Assembly (NCBI GenBank): GCA_963825135.1
Contig: CAWGRW010000009.1
Location: 1,536,001-1,600,000 of the forward strand
Reading direction: 5' to 3'
Length of the DNA: 64,000 nt
Source: an uncultured bacterium
Lineage (GTDB): Bacteria; Desulfobacterota_D; UBA1144; Nemesobacterales; UBA2774
The translations under genes were made by a program, and so were the position numbers. Of the stretch, positions 60,496 to 64,000 are shown piece after piece. The first letter of the stretch is position 1. Every line of letters begins with the position of its first letter. Below the pieces are notes generated by a model that saw only the letters and a list, made by a program, of their open reading frames with translations, made no database searches and was not told where the DNA came from.

Positions 60496-61491
60496 ATGAG
60501 TAACGAAGTCTGGGTTGTAGCGGATCTGAAAATAGACGGCAGCGTGAGGCAGGTGACGTTCGAGGCGCTGTCCGAAGCGAGGAGCAAGATCGCCGGTAAG
60601 CTCGGAGGGCAGCTATGCGGGGTGCTGATCGGGTCGGGCGTGTCGGGTCATGCCGCGGAATTAGGCAGATACGGGGCCGAAAAGGTATACGTCGTCGATA
60701 ACGATCTGTTGAAGAACTTTAGCACGGAGGGATATACGATCGCCCTCAGCGAATTGATAAAGAAATACAGCCCCGCCGTGGTAATAGCGGGGAATACGGT
60801 TTTCGGCCAGGACTATTTCCCGGGTGTCGCCGCCCGGGTCGGGGCAGGCGTTACGATGGACGCCATAGAGATCGATTTGACCGACGACAAGAAATTAAAG
60901 ATAAAGCGATTTTCCCATTCGAGCAAGGCGATACCGACTCAGGTCTTTCTCGACTATCATCCGATGATGACTACGGTCAGGCCGAACTCGTTTAAAGCTG
61001 TGGAAGACCAGAGGACCCCTGAAACAGTCAACGGCGACGTAACGATTAATGCCGGGGAAATAAAGTCGAGGGTCGTGGAGATAAAGACTAAAGAGTCGGA
61101 CAGGCCGGAGCTGACGGAAGCGGAGAGGGTGGTTTCGGGGGGGAGAGGGCTCGGGAGCGAGGAGAGCTTTAAATATATTTACCAGCTTGCCGATATACTC
61201 GGCGCGGCCGCGGGCGCTACCCGCGCCGCCGTGGACGCCGGATACTGTCCCTACGATATGCAGGTCGGACAGACGGGCAAGGCCGTGTCGCCCAACCTTT
61301 ATATAGCGATCGCTATTTCGGGCTCGGTCCAGCACTTCGCCGGTATGGGTTCCTCGAAGGTAATAGTCGCTATCAATAAAGACCCCGAGGCCCCTATTTT
61401 CCAGAAGTGTGATTACGGCATTGTGGGCGACCTGTTTGACGTGCTGCCGCCTTTCACGGAGAAGGTAAAGGCGCTGGTATCCCAGAGTTAG
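60496..61491 (+). CDS. etfA: Electron transfer flavoprotein alpha subunit
   Basis: VVSGGRG, RAAVD, QVGQTG, QHFAGM, AINKD. Confidence 0.96.
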   Translation: MSNEVWVVADLKIDGSVRQVTFEALSEARSKIAGKLGGQLCGVLIGSGVSGHAAELGRYGAEKVYVVDNDLLKNFSTEGYTIALSELIKKYSPAVVIAGNTVFGQDYFPGVAARVGAGVTMDAIEIDLTDDKKLKIKRFSHSSKAIPTQVFLDYHPMMTTVRPNSFKAVEDQRTPETVNGDVTINAGEIKSRVVEIKTKESDRPELTEAERVVSGGRGLGSEESFKYIYQLADILGAAAGATRAAVDAGYCPYDMQVGQTGKAVSPNLYIAIAISGSVQHFAGMGSSKVIVAINKDPEAPIFQKCDYGIVGDLFDVLPPFTEKVKALVSQS

Positions 61492-61510
61492 AAGGTTAAT
61501 CCGGGGGCGG

Positions 61511-62335
61511 TTACCTGACCGTCCCCGTTATATCCACCATTTCAATATTCCCTATCTTTTCGCCCAGGAACCTTCCGGCAACGGAAACGAACGTATCGGA
61601 CACGTCCGTAAGGTAGTATTCCCTTGACGGCGCTTCTGCGTCTTTATTAAGAAGGTCTCTCTCATTGAGCACTCCCTCGATTTCCTTTGCGGTCTCCTCG
61701 GCCGAGTCCACGAGCGTAATCCCTTCACCCATTACCTTCCGGATAGTCTTTTTCAGGAGGGGGTAATGAGTACAGCCCAGGACGAGCACGTCGATATCGT
61801 ATTCCTTCAAAGGCGCGAGGTATTCCTCCGCTATGAGCTCTGATATCTTCCCCCCTGTCCAGCCCTCGTCGGCGAGCGGCACGAACAACGGGCACGCCCT
61901 TGAGAACACCTCGATGTCAGGGGATACGGCTTCGAGCGCCTTTTTGTACGCGCCGCTCTTTATAGTCGAAGGAGTGCCTATGACTCCCACCCTCTTCGAT
62001 TTGGTAACCTCTGAGGCTTTCTTCGCTCCGGGCCCTATGACTCCTATAACCGGTATCTCCAGTTCGCCGCTCAGGCTGGGGAGGGATACGGCGGAAGACG
62101 TATTGCAGGCGACGACGAGCATCTTTATGCCCTTGGATACCAGGAATTCGGCGTTGTTAAGGGAGTAGGCTATTACGGTCCTGCTCGATTTGGTCCCGTA
62201 CGGGACCCTCGCCGTGTCGCCCAGATATATGATATTCTCCCGGGGGAGCCTTCTGATTATCTCCCTCACGACCGTAAGCCCCCCAATGCCCGAGTCGAAT
62301 ACGCCGATCGGCGCGCTCTTTATCACTCTTGTCAT
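61511..62335 (-). CDS. murI: Glutamate racemase
   Basis: FDSGIGG, PYG, ACNT, LGCTHYP. Confidence 0.96.
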   Translation of the reverse strand: MTRVIKSAPIGVFDSGIGGLTVVREIIRRLPRENIIYLGDTARVPYGTKSSRTVIAYSLNNAEFLVSKGIKMLVVACNTSSAVSLPSLSGELEIPVIGVIGPGAKKASEVTKSKRVGVIGTPSTIKSGAYKKALEAVSPDIEVFSRACPLFVPLADEGWTGGKISELIAEEYLAPLKEYDIDVLVLGCTHYPLLKKTIRKVMGEGITLVDSAEETAKEIEGVLNERDLLNKDAEAPSREYYLTDVSDTFVSVAGRFLGEKIGNIEMVDITGTVR

Positions 62336-62371
62336 ATACCGCCCGTCTGTGAAAGGATGCACGGCTCCGGA

Positions 62372-63754
62372 TCAGAAGAATACTTCTATAGCTTTTTCAA
62401 CGGAATCCACGCCGATAAGGGCAATAGAATTATCCCCCGGCTTCAATCTGTCAAGGTTGATCCTTGGGAGCACGCATCTGGTAAAGCCGAGCTTTATCGC
62501 TTCGTTCAGTCTCATGTCCGCCTGCGAAACCCCCCTGATTTCTCCCGCAAGCCCCACCTCGCCGAATACTATTGTAGCGGGTTCGACCGGTCTGTTGAGA
62601 AAGCTCGATACGAGGGCAATCGAAATTGCGAGGTCTATCGCCGGCTCCTCTATCTTTACCCCTCCCGCGACGTTCATGAATACGTCCTGGCCGAGTATCT
62701 GGAGCCCCGCCCTCTTCTCGAGCACTGCGAGGAGCAATGAGACCCTGTTGTTGTCGAGCCCTATGGCGGTCCTCCGCGGCATACCGAACCCGCAGGGGGA
62801 AACGAGGGCCTGTATCTCCACAAGTATCGGTCTCGTCCCTTCGATGCTAGGCGTCACGACCGAGCCCGAGGCGTTCACGGGGCGCTCTGAGAGGAATATC
62901 TCGGAAGGGTTCTTGACCTCCCGCAGGCCGGTGTCGAGCATCTCGAAGACCCCGATTTCGTTCGTGGAGCCGAACCTGTTCTTAAACGCCCTCAGTATTC
63001 TGTAGGGATGGTCCTTCCCTCCCTCGAAATAAAGCACCGTATCCACGAGGTGCTCCAGCACCTTGGGTCCTGCTATGGTCCCTTCCTTGGTCACGTGTCC
63101 TATGAGGAATATCGCCGTACCTCTCGTCTTTGCGTACTGCATGAGCTTGGCCGTGCATTCCCTTATCTGCCCGACGCTCCCCGGCGCGGACCCGAAATCC
63201 TCCGTGAACATCGTCTGTATGGAATCGATAACGGCGATCTCCGGGGATAGTTTTTCGATCTCGTCGAGAATCGTCTCGACCGACGTCTCCGTGAGCACGA
63301 ACACGCTTTCGGACGAGACGCCGGTCCTCGCGGCCCTCATCTTTACCTGCATCGGCGATTCCTCGCCCGTTACATACAGGAACCTCGATCCGGACGGGCC
63401 GCGTTTTTCCTTCTCCCTTCCGATGTCGTTTAGCATCTGGAGCGCGAGGGTGGATTTCCCAATTCCCGGGTCCCCTCCCACGAGCACGACCGAGCCCGGG
63501 ACGAACCCGCCGCCGAGCACCCTGTCGAGCTCCTTATTCCCCGTGGGTATTCGATCTTCGCTCCCGCTGCCGATCTCCGTTATGGCGACGGGCTCTGAAA
63601 CGTTTGCCCTCCTCGACGTCTTCTTCTGCCTTTCCGCCTTTTCCTCGACGTAGGAATTCCAGCTCCCGCACTCGGGGCACTTGCCGAGCCACCTGGGGGA
63701 GCTGTTTCCGCAATTCTGGCATACGAACCGGGTGAGGCTCTTTGTTTTCTTCAT
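62372..63754 (-). CDS. radA: DNA repair protein RadA/Sms
   Basis: C4 zinc finger, GDPGIGKS, KNRFG, Lon-like C-terminus. Confidence 0.97.
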   Translation of the reverse strand: MKKTKSLTRFVCQNCGNSSPRWLGKCPECGSWNSYVEEKAERQKKTSRRANVSEPVAITEIGSGSEDRIPTGNKELDRVLGGGFVPGSVVLVGGDPGIGKSTLALQMLNDIGREKEKRGPSGSRFLYVTGEESPMQVKMRAARTGVSSESVFVLTETSVETILDEIEKLSPEIAVIDSIQTMFTEDFGSAPGSVGQIRECTAKLMQYAKTRGTAIFLIGHVTKEGTIAGPKVLEHLVDTVLYFEGGKDHPYRILRAFKNRFGSTNEIGVFEMLDTGLREVKNPSEIFLSERPVNASGSVVTPSIEGTRPILVEIQALVSPCGFGMPRRTAIGLDNNRVSLLLAVLEKRAGLQILGQDVFMNVAGGVKIEEPAIDLAISIALVSSFLNRPVEPATIVFGEVGLAGEIRGVSQADMRLNEAIKLGFTRCVLPRINLDRLKPGDNSIALIGVDSVEKAIEVFF

Positions 63755-63869
63755 AGATATTTCCGGGGAAACATTTGCCTGGAAATTATACTATATAAAA
63801 ATTATTAAAAGGAATCGAGAAAGTTGTATAATTAGGCTGTCAAGAATCTTTCAAAAGAGGAGGAATGCT

Positions 63870-64000
63870 ATGTCTGACCATTCTGGTTTTTCGAGAAGAA
63901 AGTTTATGCAGGTAACCGGGGCCGGTGTACTGGGTATTGAGTTCCTTAAATCGGGAAGGAATTTATTCGATGCGTCTGAAGCCAGGGCGGCCGAAGTCAC
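63870..64000 (+). CDS. Tat-exported protein, N-terminus only (runs off the window)
   Basis: GAGGAGG SD; MSDHSGFSRRKFMQVTGAGVLG...EARA-AEV; TATAAT at 63827-32. Confidence 0.8.
   Translation, partial: MSDHSGFSRRKFMQVTGAGVLGIEFLKSGRNLFDASEARAAEV

Noticed and set aside
1..64000. tRNA, rRNA, CRISPR array, IS, integrase or prophage
   Set aside because: No cloverleaf or T-loop signature in intergenic DNA, no regularly spaced repeats, and no transposase, integrase or phage ORFs recognised; read by eye only

Overview
Gene-dense bacterial chromosome segment, roughly 55% GC by eye, with about 57 CDS that are mostly housekeeping or metabolic. Pathways: futalosine menaquinone genes (mqnA, mqnD, a probable aminofutalosine deaminase), F420-related genes (cofC, an LLM oxidoreductase), hisA/hisF, meaB/mce, coaX, guaBA, apbE with ribBA-ribH-nusB-trpD-trpC, a TolC/AcrA/AcrB-type efflux operon, ogg, mltD, a PFK, queG, tamB, etfBA, murI and radA. 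A Tat-signal ORF runs off the right end. The content suggests a diderm, deltaproteobacteria-like (Desulfobacterota/Dadabacteria-like) organism; this is inference only. I saw no tRNA, rRNA, CRISPR array, transposase or prophage gene. Most interesting signals: (1) a GGCT plus Zn-hydrolase fusion, and cofC flanked by lactate-DH-like and lactaldehyde-DH-like genes, which may form an F420 precursor or tail-processing cluster; (2) two related ~60-nt non-coding elements (near 21.7 kb and 47.4 kb), one with a near-consensus promoter, an anti-SD motif and a terminator; (3) a sigma54 promoter driving a group-2-like sigma70 factor; (4) repeated leaderless promoter architecture; (5) several enzymes with substituted catalytic residues; (6) three genes each broken by one extra base, probably sequencing or assembly error. 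All calls come from motif recognition by eye; no searches were run.
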